From Candidatus Limnocylindria bacterium (GTDB taxonomy: Bacteria > Chloroflexota > Limnocylindria > QHBO01): DNA of 64,000 nucleotides. Of this stretch, positions 41,325-50,247 are shown piece after piece. Both the position numbers and the translations under genes were made by a program. How positions within the stretch are numbered: the stretch's first letter is position 1; each line of letters begins with the position of its first letter. Below the pieces are notes generated by a model. That model saw only the letters and a program-made list of their open reading frames with translations. It did not search any database and was not told where the DNA came from. The DNA lies in NCBI GenBank assembly GCA_046262115.1, contig JBHENJ010000080.1, positions 7,941 to 71,940 on the forward strand. Reading direction: 5' to 3'.

Positions 41325-42649
41325 TGCCCCTGCTATTCGGCACCGATGGGATCCGCGGCGTTGCGAATCAGGATCTGACGCCGCTGACGGCGTTCCGGCT
41401 GGGCCGCGCCGTCGGCGATCGCCTCGATCCCGAGCATGGCGGGGTGCTGATCGGGCAGGACACGCGCCGCTCGGGCGACATGTTCGTGGCCGCCGCGGCG
41501 GCGGGGGTCGCGGCTGCCGGCTCGGACGCGATCTTCATCGGCGTGGTCACGACTCCGTGCCTGGCGCATGCGACCGCCGAGACGGGGCGCCCCGGGATCA
41601 TGGTCTCGGCATCGCACAACCCCGCCCCGGACAACGGCCTCAAGGTCCTCGTCGGCGGCCGCAAGCCGCCGATTGCGGTCGAGGACGAGCTCGAGGTGCT
41701 GATGGCGCGCGTCGAGTCACTCCCCGGGCCCGGAAACGATCGCATCGGAACCCTCCGACACGACCTCGCGCCCATCGAGCGGTACCTCGAGACCCTGTGC
41801 CGCCTGGCCGGCGACGCCTTCACCGGCCTCCGCGTGGCCATCGACTGCGCGAACGGGTCCGCGTCGCGCACCGCGCCGGTGCTCTATCGCTCGCTCGGCG
41901 CAGAGGTGACGGTTCACGCGGCCGAGCCCGACGGCACGAACATCAATCGGCGGTGCGGCGCGACGCATCCCGAGGCCTTGCAGCGCGTCGTGGTCGAGTC
42001 CGGGGCGGAGGTCGGGCTCGCCTTCGACGGTGATGCCGATCGGCTGATCGCCGTCGACGAGCGCGGCGGCCTGGTCGACGGCGACGGCGTCATGGGCATC
42101 TGCGCACTGGATCGACTCTCGCGCGATGAGCTGCGCAATCGCGTGCTCGTCGCGACGGTGATGAGCAACGGAGGGCTCGACCGCGCCGTCGAGGCCGCGG
42201 GAGGCCGTGTCGTTCGAACCGGTGTCGGTGACCGTGAAGTCGCCGACGAGATGGAGCGCAGCGGCGCGGTCCTGGGCGGAGAGCAGTCCGGCCACGTCAT
42301 CTTCTCGGATCTGTCGACGACGGGCGACGGCATGCTCACCGCGATCGAGCTCGTAAAGGCGATCCGCGCCGCCGGCGAGCCGCTCTCCGTGCTGGCGTGG
42401 CGGATCCCGAGCCTCCCGCAGGTGGTGCTAAACTCAGCCGCTCTCCACAAGGACCGCTGGCAGCACGATCCCGCCGTCTCGGGCGCCGTCGCTAGCGCCG
42501 AAGCCCGCCTGAAAGGACGCGGCCGCGTCCTTGTCCGTCCCTCGGGAACGGAGCCGAAGCTGCGGGTCATGGTCGAGGGGGACGACGAGCGCGAGATCGG
42601 CGAGATCGCGCGGCAGCTGGTCGATCTGGCTGAGGCGCGCCTCAACTAG
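41324..42649 (+). CDS. glmM: Phosphoglucosamine mutase
   Basis: MPLLFGTDGIRGVAN..., active-site SASHNPAPDNG. Confidence 0.95.
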   Translation: MPLLFGTDGIRGVANQDLTPLTAFRLGRAVGDRLDPEHGGVLIGQDTRRSGDMFVAAAAAGVAAAGSDAIFIGVVTTPCLAHATAETGRPGIMVSASHNPAPDNGLKVLVGGRKPPIAVEDELEVLMARVESLPGPGNDRIGTLRHDLAPIERYLETLCRLAGDAFTGLRVAIDCANGSASRTAPVLYRSLGAEVTVHAAEPDGTNINRRCGATHPEALQRVVVESGAEVGLAFDGDADRLIAVDERGGLVDGDGVMGICALDRLSRDELRNRVLVATVMSNGGLDRAVEAAGGRVVRTGVGDREVADEMERSGAVLGGEQSGHVIFSDLSTTGDGMLTAIELVKAIRAAGEPLSVLAWRIPSLPQVVLNSAALHKDRWQHDPAVSGAVASAEARLKGRGRVLVRPSGTEPKLRVMVEGDDEREIGEIARQLVDLAEARLN

Positions 42650-42667
42650 CGAGCGGAGGACGAGCGG

Positions 42668-44497
42668 ATGTGCGGCATCGTCGGGTACGTCGGACCGCGG
42701 GAGGCCGCGCCGATCGTCCTCGATGGCCTGAAGCGGCTCGAGTACCGCGGGTACGACTCGGCCGGCATCGCGCTGCGGACGATGGACGGCGGCGTCTTCG
42801 TCGAGAAGCGCGCCGGCAAGCTGTCGAACCTCACCGATCACCTCAACGGAGGCGCCCCCGCCGGAACGCTCGGCATCGGCCACACCCGCTGGGCGACGCA
42901 CGGCCGCCCGACCGACACGAATGCGCATCCGCACCAGGATTGCACCGGCGACCTGGCCCTGATCCACAACGGCATCATCGAGAACTACCGCGAGCTCGGC
43001 GACCGTCTCCGGGCATCCGGGCATCGATTCGTCTCGGAGACCGATACCGAGACGCTCGTCCACCTCATCGAGGAGCGCTACACCGGCGACCTGGCCGGCG
43101 CCGTCCGCTCTGCGCTTGCCGACGTGGATGGCGCGTACGCCATCGGCGTCATGCACACCGACCACCCCAACCGGATCGTCGGCGCACGCCGCAACGTGCC
43201 GCTCATCGTCGGGCTCGGTGACGGCGAGGGATTCCTTGCCAGCGACGTCCCGGCGATCCTCCCGCACACCAAGCGTGTCGTGATCCTCCAGGAGGGCGAC
43301 GTCGCCGACATCACGCCGGATGGCGTCAGCATCACGGGCCTCGACGGCGAGGTGGTGCGTCGCGACGTCACGGAGATTCGCTGGTCGATCGAGGCCGCGG
43401 AGAAGGGCGGCTTCGCGCACTTCATGCAGAAGGAGATCTACGAGCAGCCGCACGCCATCCAGGAGGCGCTCCGCGGCCGACTCAATGCAGCCGGCGAGCT
43501 GCGCCTTCCCGAGCTCAACGCGATCGACGACAAGCTGCGACGCGTCGAGCGCATCTACGTCGTCGGCTGCGGGACGGCGGGATACGCCGCGCAGGTCGGC
43601 GCCATCCTCCTCCAGGACTGGGCGCGCCTGCCGGCGGTCGGGCAGGTCGGGAGCGAGATGCGCTACTCGCCGCCTCCGATCGACGACCGGACGCTCGTGG
43701 TGAGCGTCACACAGTCCGGCGAGACGGCCGACACGCTCGCCCCGCACAAGATGGCCAAGGAGGCGGGCGCCACCGTGATCGCCGTCACCAACGTCGTCGG
43801 CAGCGCCGTGACCCGGGAGGCCGATGCGGTCTGCTTCCTCCAGGCCGGCCCCGAGATATCGGTCGTGGCGACCAAGACGTTCGTCACGCAGGTCGTCCTG
43901 CTGACCATGATCGCGCTCCATATCGCCCGCCTCCGCGGAACGCTGAAGCCGCGGGAGCTGCGCACCTACGGGCTCGCGCTCCGCGCCCTCCCGGGCGCCG
44001 CCGCGGAGGCCCTGGGACGTGTCAACCCGGTCAAGAAGCTCGCCCAGCGCTATGCCCATGCCAGCGACTTCCTCTTCATCGGTCGCGGCGTGGGCTACCC
44101 GACCGCACTCGAGGGCGCGCTCAAGCTGAAGGAAGTGAGCTACGTCCACGCCGAGGGCTACGCCGCCGGCGAGCTCAAGCACGGCCCGATCGCGCTGCTG
44201 CAGGCCGACGTGCCGCTGGTGGCGATCGCCACTAGCGCAGCCACGTACGACAAGCTACTGAGCAACGTCAGCGAGGTGCGCGCTCGCGAGGCGCCGGTGA
44301 TCGCGGTCGCGACCGATGGCGACGACCAGATCGGCCGCTACGCGAGCGACGTCCTGTTCGTGCCGGAAACGGTCGAGGCGGTGTCTCCGGTGATCGCGAT
44401 CCTCCCGCTCCAGCTCCTCGCGTATGAGATCGCGGTGATCCGTGGCACAGACGTCGACCAGCCGCGCAACCTCGCCAAGTCGGTCACCGTCGAATAG
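42668..44497 (+). CDS. glmS: Glutamine--fructose-6-phosphate aminotransferase
   Basis: MCGIVGYVG N-terminal nucleophile, two SIS domains, C-terminal ...KSVTVE; only an 18-nt gap to glmM (no room for a glmS ribozyme). Confidence 0.97.
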   Translation: MCGIVGYVGPREAAPIVLDGLKRLEYRGYDSAGIALRTMDGGVFVEKRAGKLSNLTDHLNGGAPAGTLGIGHTRWATHGRPTDTNAHPHQDCTGDLALIHNGIIENYRELGDRLRASGHRFVSETDTETLVHLIEERYTGDLAGAVRSALADVDGAYAIGVMHTDHPNRIVGARRNVPLIVGLGDGEGFLASDVPAILPHTKRVVILQEGDVADITPDGVSITGLDGEVVRRDVTEIRWSIEAAEKGGFAHFMQKEIYEQPHAIQEALRGRLNAAGELRLPELNAIDDKLRRVERIYVVGCGTAGYAAQVGAILLQDWARLPAVGQVGSEMRYSPPPIDDRTLVVSVTQSGETADTLAPHKMAKEAGATVIAVTNVVGSAVTREADAVCFLQAGPEISVVATKTFVTQVVLLTMIALHIARLRGTLKPRELRTYGLALRALPGAAAEALGRVNPVKKLAQRYAHASDFLFIGRGVGYPTALEGALKLKEVSYVHAEGYAAGELKHGPIALLQADVPLVAIATSAATYDKLLSNVSEVRAREAPVIAVATDGDDQIGRYASDVLFVPETVEAVSPVIAILPLQLLAYEIAVIRGTDVDQPRNLAKSVTVE

Positions 44498-44528
44498 CGC
44501 CCGCCGCCGTCGCCGTTCCGGCCGCCCG

Positions 44529-44906
44529 ATGAGCCGTCACGAGATCGGGATCGACGTCGTCGACATCGAGCGCATCCGCGGCACGCTCACGCGTCACCGG
44601 GAGCGCTTCCGGTGCCGCGTGCTGACCCCGCGCGAGGATCGGTACTGCGGCGCACGCGTCGAGCGAGTCGCAGGCAGGTGGGCGGCGAAGGAGGCCGTGA
44701 GCAAGGTCCTCGGGCTCGGCGTTCGCGGAGTCGGCTGGCGTGAGATCGAGGTGCTCCCGAACCGGGCCGGGCAGCCGCAGGTCGCGCTGCACGCGCGCGC
44801 GGCGGCTCGTGCCGAGGTTCTGCGGCTGGCCGAGGTCACCGTCTCCATCTCGCACGAGCGCGGGACCGCGGTGGCCGTGGCGATCGCGCACCGAGACGAG
44901 CCGTGA
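44529..44906 (+). CDS. acpS: Holo-[acyl-carrier-protein] synthase
   Basis: GIDVVDIERI...EAVSKVLGLG...SISHERG. Confidence 0.85.
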   Translation: MSRHEIGIDVVDIERIRGTLTRHRERFRCRVLTPREDRYCGARVERVAGRWAAKEAVSKVLGLGVRGVGWREIEVLPNRAGQPQVALHARAAARAEVLRLAEVTVSISHERGTAVAVAIAHRDEP

Positions 44907-45889
44907 TGACGAGCGCGATCGACGAGCGCGCGGGTGCCGCCGCCGCTGCGGAGGCCGACGCGTGGGACGAGCGCGGCCCACGCGCCGGCGTAGGGCCTCT
45001 CGATCCCGCTTGGGTGGCGGAGCAGCTCCCCGCACGGCCCGACAGCGCGCACAAGGGAACGTTCGGACGGGTCCTGATCGTCGCAGGGTCGACTCGCTAT
45101 CCCGGTGCCGGCATGCTCACCGGGCTGGGCGCTGCGCGGGCGGGCGCCGGCCTGGTCTGTCTTGCGGCGCCGGAGTCGCTGCAGCGACAGCTCGCAGCGT
45201 CGATCCCGGAGCTGGCATGGCTGCCGCTCCCCGAGGAGGCGCCGGGCGTGAGTGCGCCCGGCGGCTGGCGGCGCATCGCGGAGGAGGCCGATCGCTACGA
45301 TGCCATCGTGGTGGGGCCAGGCCTCGGCAACCTCGCGACCACGCGGCGTCGCGCGCGCCGCCTGCTGAAGGAGCTCGTCCGGCCGCTGGTCGTCGACGCC
45401 GATGGGCTCAACGCACTCGCGGAGGACGCGCACTGGTGGACCGGGCTGCGCGGCCCCGCCGTCCTCACGCCGCACCCGGGCGAATTCGCTCGGTTGGCGC
45501 GCGTCCCGCTGGATGTCATCACGGACAGCGACGACGCGCGGCTCGACCTCGCCGAACAGGCCGCGGCGGCATGGGATCGAGTGGTTGTCCTCAAGGGCGC
45601 GCGGACGGTCGTCGCAGCGCCCGATGGCCGGGTCCGGGTCTCGCACGTCGCGACGCCGGCGCTCGCCACCGCGGGGAGCGGCGACGTCCTCGCCGGCGCG
45701 ATCGGCGCGCTCGTTGCCGCCGGACTCGAGCCGTTCACGGCGGCGTGCTGCGGTGTCGCCGTCCACGCTGCGGCGGGCCAGATCTGCGAGGAGCGCATCG
45801 GGCGCGTGGGCGTTCTCGCGTCCGACATCGCGGCAACGCTCCCGGCGGCGGTCACATCGGTGCGGGCGTCCGCGGGGCAGGGCCAGTGA
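44903..45889 (+). CDS. nnr: ADP-dependent (S)-NAD(P)H-hydrate dehydratase (YjeF C-terminal-type carbohydrate kinase fold)
   Basis: HKGTFGRVLIVAGSTRYPGAGMLTGLGAARAGAGLV...GSGDVLAGAIGAL. Confidence 0.8.
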   Translation: MMTSAIDERAGAAAAAEADAWDERGPRAGVGPLDPAWVAEQLPARPDSAHKGTFGRVLIVAGSTRYPGAGMLTGLGAARAGAGLVCLAAPESLQRQLAASIPELAWLPLPEEAPGVSAPGGWRRIAEEADRYDAIVVGPGLGNLATTRRRARRLLKELVRPLVVDADGLNALAEDAHWWTGLRGPAVLTPHPGEFARLARVPLDVITDSDDARLDLAEQAAAAWDRVVVLKGARTVVAAPDGRVRVSHVATPALATAGSGDVLAGAIGALVAAGLEPFTAACCGVAVHAAAGQICEERIGRVGVLASDIAATLPAAVTSVRASAGQGQ

Positions 45890-47100
45890 GCGCGGCGATC
45901 GTCGCATCCAGCTCTCGAAGCCGTCACCGCGCGTGGATCGAGGTGGACCTCGCCGCAGTCGCGAGGAACCTGGGTGTGCTCCGGCGGCTGGGTCGCGAAG
46001 GCCAGCAGGTCATCGGCGTCGTCAAGGCGAACGCCTACGGCCACGGTGACGTCGAAATCGCGCGAACGCTCGTCGGCGAGGGTGTCGATCGCCTCGCGGT
46101 CGCTACCGTCGACGAGGGGATCCGTCTTCGCCAGGCGGGGATCGACGCCCCCATCCTGGTTCTATTCGAGATGGATCGCGCCGAGGCCGCCCGTGCGGTG
46201 GCCGCGCGGCTGGAGGCGACGATCTTCACGGATCGCGGGGTCGCCGCGCTCTCGCATGCGGCTACCGCCCGCCGGACGGTCGCCGTTCACGTCAAGGTCG
46301 ACACCGGCCTCGGACGCCAGGGCGCGGACCCGGCCGACGCCCTCGCACTCGCCACGTCTGCAGTCTCGCGGCCCGAGATCGAACTGGCCGGGACGTACAC
46401 GCACCTGGCCGTGCCCGGCGAGGACGAGGCGTACACCGATCTGCAGCTGGTCCGATTTGGGCAGGTGCTCGACGCGCTCCGGGGCTCCGCGATCGACCCA
46501 GGGCTCGTCCACGTCTCTGGCACCGGCGGCGTGTTGTCCGGCGTCGGTGGATTCGCCGATGCCATCCGCCCGGGACTCGGCCTCTACGGCATGGCGCCGT
46601 CCTGGGCGAGTGCCGACGATATCGGCCTGCGCCCGGCGCTCAGTCTTCGCTCACTCCCACTGCGGATCTTCGATCTCGCCGGTGGCGAACCGATCGGCTA
46701 TGGCCTCCGCTTCCGTGCCGGCCGCCGCTCGCGGATCGCAACCCTGGGGATGGGTTACGCCGACGGCTGGCCGCGCGTCCACGCCAACAACGGTGTCGTC
46801 CTCGTACGAGGGAAGCGCGCGCCGATCGTGGGCGCCATCTCGATGGACGCGCTGACCGTCGACGTCACCGACGTCGACGGCGTTACCGAGGACGACGAGT
46901 TCGTCCTGATCGGGTCGCAGGATGGCGAACGGATCACGGCGGACGAGGTCGCCGCCCAGCGCCGCACGATCAACTACGAGGTCACGACGGCGCTCGGCAT
47001 CCGGCTCTCGCGCATGCCCCTCGCCTCCGGGCGCCGAGATGGGCCGATCGCCCGCGTGCCGTCGGCAGCGATTCCGGGTGCCGCGCATGGCGGAGTCTGA
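45886..47100 (+). CDS. alr: Alanine racemase
   Basis: PLP-site VVKANAYGHG, C-terminal domain; GTGA overlap with nnr; only the 3-prime part of the long ORF 44740-47100. Confidence 0.9.
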   Translation: MSAAIVASSSRSRHRAWIEVDLAAVARNLGVLRRLGREGQQVIGVVKANAYGHGDVEIARTLVGEGVDRLAVATVDEGIRLRQAGIDAPILVLFEMDRAEAARAVAARLEATIFTDRGVAALSHAATARRTVAVHVKVDTGLGRQGADPADALALATSAVSRPEIELAGTYTHLAVPGEDEAYTDLQLVRFGQVLDALRGSAIDPGLVHVSGTGGVLSGVGGFADAIRPGLGLYGMAPSWASADDIGLRPALSLRSLPLRIFDLAGGEPIGYGLRFRAGRRSRIATLGMGYADGWPRVHANNGVVLVRGKRAPIVGAISMDALTVDVTDVDGVTEDDEFVLIGSQDGERITADEVAAQRRTINYEVTTALGIRLSRMPLASGRRDGPIARVPSAAIPGAAHGGV

Positions 47101-47362
47101 GCGGGTGGAACCAGACGTCGGTGCGCTCGCCCGGGCGATCGAGCGGCGCGGTCTTGCCGCGACCGCGCTGCTCCTTCTCGATGCGCACCGCCCGTACCGA
47201 CCGCTCGTCGCTCACGCGGCGACGTTCCTTGCGCCGGTCCTGCGGCCGCTGGTGGGCGGCCCATTCGCGTCCGCGCGCGACCTCCTGAGCTCCGAGGAGA
47301 ACATCGACCGGCTGGTCGCATCACTCGAGTCGGGCCGCGCCGAGGGGCGCGCGGATGCCTGA
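47087..47362 (+). CDS. Hypothetical small protein (91 aa), first gene of the novel operon
   Basis: ATG 47087 overlaps the alr 3-prime end by 14 nt; G/C-rich third positions; no recognisable domain. Confidence 0.5.
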   Translation: MAESERVEPDVGALARAIERRGLAATALLLLDAHRPYRPLVAHAATFLAPVLRPLVGGPFASARDLLSSEENIDRLVASLESGRAEGRADA

Positions 47363-48203
47363 CCTCGGGGAGCTCGTCGGCGGCGTCGTACGCTTCCTCG
47401 GCGACTCGCTCTCGGCGTCGCGACTTGCCGTCGGCGTCGGTCCCACGCTGGCGCTCCTGACCGTGATGCTCGTGCTGCTCTATCTGCTTGCCCGGCCGAC
47501 TGCGCGGTGGCGCGGGCGCGACCTCGGCCGTCTCCAGGGCGTGGTGAGGACGATGGCGCTGGCCGCCGAATCCGGCGGCACCGCCTCCTTCTCCCTCGGA
47601 ACCGCGGGGGTCGTCCGTCCGGCGGCGGCCGTCGACCGACTGCAGACCCTCGCCGCGCTGCCGGTCCTCGGGCACGTCGCGAGCGCCGCGGCGCGCGGCG
47701 GCGTGCCGCTGATGGTGACCGCGAACGACGCCGTGGCGGTCGAGCTCGCGCGAGCTGTGCTCGACGAGGCGTTTGCCGCGACAAGCACCAGCGAGCGCGC
47801 TCGACGCGCGCGAGCGGAGCACGTGGGCGACGGCAGGGCAAGCGCCGCGGGTCGCTCGCTCGCGCGACCCGCCGGCGCGGGCAACACGACGCACGTGCTG
47901 GGTGGCCTCAGCGAGGAGGCGCCCGCGTTGCTCACCGGCGAGGTCGACGGTGCCGCGACGACGACGTTCGGGACCGCGACGCCCGCGGAGGCAGTGTGGG
48001 TCCTGCTCCTCGGACAGGGTGCGGTCATCGGCCCCGAGCTCTACAGCGCCGCGAGCGCGGTGCTCCCCGCGACGGACGAACGCGCCGCGGTCTTCGCCGT
48101 CAACCGTCTCATCTGGGTGGCGCTGGCGCTCCTGGCCGGCGGCTCGCTTCTCCGAGTGCTGGGCATCTTCGACGTCGCCGGCTTCGTCCTCGGGCGCAGC
48201 TGA
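47355..48203 (+). CDS. Hypothetical bitopic membrane protein (282 aa)
   Basis: ATG overlaps the upstream stop by 8 nt; TM helix near the N-terminus (PTLALLTVMLVLLYLLA) and another near the C-terminus; clear G/C third-position bias across the frame. Confidence 0.6.
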   Translation: MPDLGELVGGVVRFLGDSLSASRLAVGVGPTLALLTVMLVLLYLLARPTARWRGRDLGRLQGVVRTMALAAESGGTASFSLGTAGVVRPAAAVDRLQTLAALPVLGHVASAAARGGVPLMVTANDAVAVELARAVLDEAFAATSTSERARRARAEHVGDGRASAAGRSLARPAGAGNTTHVLGGLSEEAPALLTGEVDGAATTTFGTATPAEAVWVLLLGQGAVIGPELYSAASAVLPATDERAAVFAVNRLIWVALALLAGGSLLRVLGIFDVAGFVLGRS

Positions 48204-48209
48204 CCTTCG

Positions 48210-48824
48210 ATGCGGCGTGGGATCGTTCCTGCCCTGGTCATTGGTGCGGGGCTCGTCGTGCTGGTCGACTACCTCGTCGTCAACCCGAGCGTCGATGTCG
48301 TCGGCGGATACCTACTCAGCTACCTGATCGCGCTGGCGGCCGCAGCCGGCGTGGCCGGCGGTGTGGAGGTGGTCGCCGCCCAGGTCATCCACCTTCGTGA
48401 GCGACGCCGCGATCCGACCGCCGCGGTCGCGACACTGGTCGGGTTCCTGCTGGCCGTCGGGGCCGGCTTCTATCCGGGCTCCGCCGGCGCGTCCGATCCC
48501 GCGATGCGGTGGATCGTCGCCGCGATGCTGCTTCCCCTCGTCGCCTCACTCTTCTCGCTGCTCTTCTTCTTCATGCTCGCCGCCGTCTCGCGCGGACTTC
48601 GATTGCGCGGACGGGAGACGACCGTGATCGTGGCGGCCGCCGCGGCCATGCTGGTGCTGCTCCTTCCGCTGGGAGGTGACGTCGGGCGCTCGCTCGCCTC
48701 CGCTGCCGGCTGGACCCTGGACGTGCCGGTCGGTGCCGTCTTCCGCGGCCTTCTCATCGGTGTCGCGATCGCCACGTCGGTGGCGGCCGCAAGGACGCTG
48801 CTCACGCCGGCGGGGGAGGGGTGA
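48210..48824 (+). CDS. Hypothetical polytopic membrane protein (204 aa, about 5 TM)
   Basis: 6-nt gap from the upstream gene; hydrophobic throughout. Confidence 0.6.
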   Translation: MRRGIVPALVIGAGLVVLVDYLVVNPSVDVVGGYLLSYLIALAAAAGVAGGVEVVAAQVIHLRERRRDPTAAVATLVGFLLAVGAGFYPGSAGASDPAMRWIVAAMLLPLVASLFSLLFFFMLAAVSRGLRLRGRETTVIVAAAAAMLVLLLPLGGDVGRSLASAAGWTLDVPVGAVFRGLLIGVAIATSVAAARTLLTPAGEG

Positions 48825-49606
48825 ACCTCGCCGCGGTGCGGCTGGCGCTGCTCGCGGCGGTCGCCGGTGCCGTTCTCCTGACATCGGCCGGGACGTACCT
48901 GCCTCTGGGGGACCGCGGGCGGGCCGCCGCGGAGGATTTCCTCGGCGTCGTTGGTTCGCTGCCGGCCGGGTCGAGCGTCCTGGTCGCGTTCGACGCGGAC
49001 GCCGGCACCTATCCGGAGATCGTGTACGCCACCCGGAGCGTGATCCGCCGGTTCGAGCTCGCGCGGCACGAGATGGCGTTCGTGAGCTTCACGCCTGAAG
49101 GCAGGGCCCTCGCCGTCGGCGAGCTCGACCGCCTCAGTCGAGACGCAGACCTCGGTGACGCCCAGATCCGGGATCTCGGGTACCGCGCCGGGGCCGAGGC
49201 AGCGCTGGCGCGGTCCATCGGCGAGCTCGACGTCGCATCGTTCGATCTCATCCTCCTGATCGGCGGGATCGACCTCGGGCCGCGAGCGTGGGTCGAGCAG
49301 GTCCAGCCCAGGCTGTCCGACGAGGCGGAGCCGCAGATGGTGGCGATCGCACCATCGTTCCTGCTTCCCGAGCTCGAGCCCTACCGCGCGTCGGGCCAGC
49401 TCGCCGCGGTGCTCGACAATCCGCGTGACGCGCTTACGCTCGCGGGCGCAGCCGCGCCGGACGACGTCGACTCCGCTTTAAGGCTGCCGTCCGAGGCCGC
49501 GATCCTCGTCGGCCTGCTCGGCGCGCTCGGGATCCTCGTGGCGGCGTTGATCCGCACCGGGTCCGAACGCGTCGGCGTCCGGGGGAACCGGGGCGCCGGA
49601 CGGTGA
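48821..49606 (+). CDS. Hypothetical membrane-anchored protein (261 aa; N- and C-terminal TM helices, soluble middle)
   Basis: GTGA overlap with the upstream stop. Confidence 0.55.
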   Translation: MNLAAVRLALLAAVAGAVLLTSAGTYLPLGDRGRAAAEDFLGVVGSLPAGSSVLVAFDADAGTYPEIVYATRSVIRRFELARHEMAFVSFTPEGRALAVGELDRLSRDADLGDAQIRDLGYRAGAEAALARSIGELDVASFDLILLIGGIDLGPRAWVEQVQPRLSDEAEPQMVAIAPSFLLPELEPYRASGQLAAVLDNPRDALTLAGAAAPDDVDSALRLPSEAAILVGLLGALGILVAALIRTGSERVGVRGNRGAGR

Positions 49607-50247
49607 GCGGGTTCTTCGGCGACGACCTCGCGGGCACGCTCGGAACGTGGCTCGCGGCAGCGATCACGCTGTCCGTGTGGGCCTACCTGGTGGGCGAGCG
49701 CCGCGCCTTCGCGTACGCGCAGCACCTGCTCGCCGGGCTCCTCACAGGCTACGTCGTCGTGATCTCGATCCGCGAGGTGCTCGTTCCATTCTTCCTCGAC
49801 CCGCTGGTGCGTGATCCCCGCGGTCACGCCGCGCTGTGGCCGGCCATCCTCCTCGCGGGCGTCGTCGTCGTCGGCCGCTTCCTCCCCCGACCGCTCACGG
49901 CGATCCCCGTCTCGATCCTGGTGGGCGGGACCGCGGCGTTCGCGCTGGCCGGGGCGGTGGTCGGGACCCTCACCCCCCAGCTCGCCAAGGCCATCCTCCC
50001 CGGAGGTGGGAGCCTCCCGGCGCTGGTCGGCGGGGCGGTGTCGGTGGTCATCATGGCGCTCGTCGTCGTCAGCTTCCGCCACGGCGTCGCCGTCGACGGG
50101 TTCGCCGGGCGTGCGTCCGTGGCGGGACGATGGCTCCTCATGGCCGGGCTCGGCGGATGGTTCGGATTCATGCTGCTCGGCCGTCTCGTGCTGGTGATCG
50201 AGCGGATCGGCTTCCTGCTGTTCGAGTGGCTCAAGATAGGTCGATGA
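49603..50247 (+). CDS. Hypothetical polytopic membrane protein (214 aa, about 6 TM)
   Basis: GTGA overlap with the upstream stop. Confidence 0.55.
   Translation: MSGFFGDDLAGTLGTWLAAAITLSVWAYLVGERRAFAYAQHLLAGLLTGYVVVISIREVLVPFFLDPLVRDPRGHAALWPAILLAGVVVVGRFLPRPLTAIPVSILVGGTAAFALAGAVVGTLTPQLAKAILPGGGSLPALVGGAVSVVIMALVVVSFRHGVAVDGFAGRASVAGRWLLMAGLGGWFGFMLLGRLVLVIERIGFLLFEWLKIGR

Noticed and set aside
42650-42667. Searched for a glmS ribozyme upstream of glmS (expected in Firmicutes-like contexts)
   Set aside because: The glmM-glmS gap is only 18 nt and contains just an SD (ggagga), so there is no room for the roughly 150-nt ribozyme core.
44740-47100. 786-aa ORF covering acpS, nnr and alr
   Set aside because: Only the last about 405 codons (from GTG 45886) are alanine racemase. 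The upstream part is an alternative frame across acpS/nnr with Arg-rich nonsense translation.
49836-50243. The N-terminal 136 codons of the 698-aa ORF containing the ASKHA protein
   Set aside because: They overlap the polytopic membrane gene 49603-50247 in another frame. The ATG at 50244 forms an ATGA junction with that gene's stop, and the conserved DxGSTxTK motif follows immediately, so 50244 is taken as the start.
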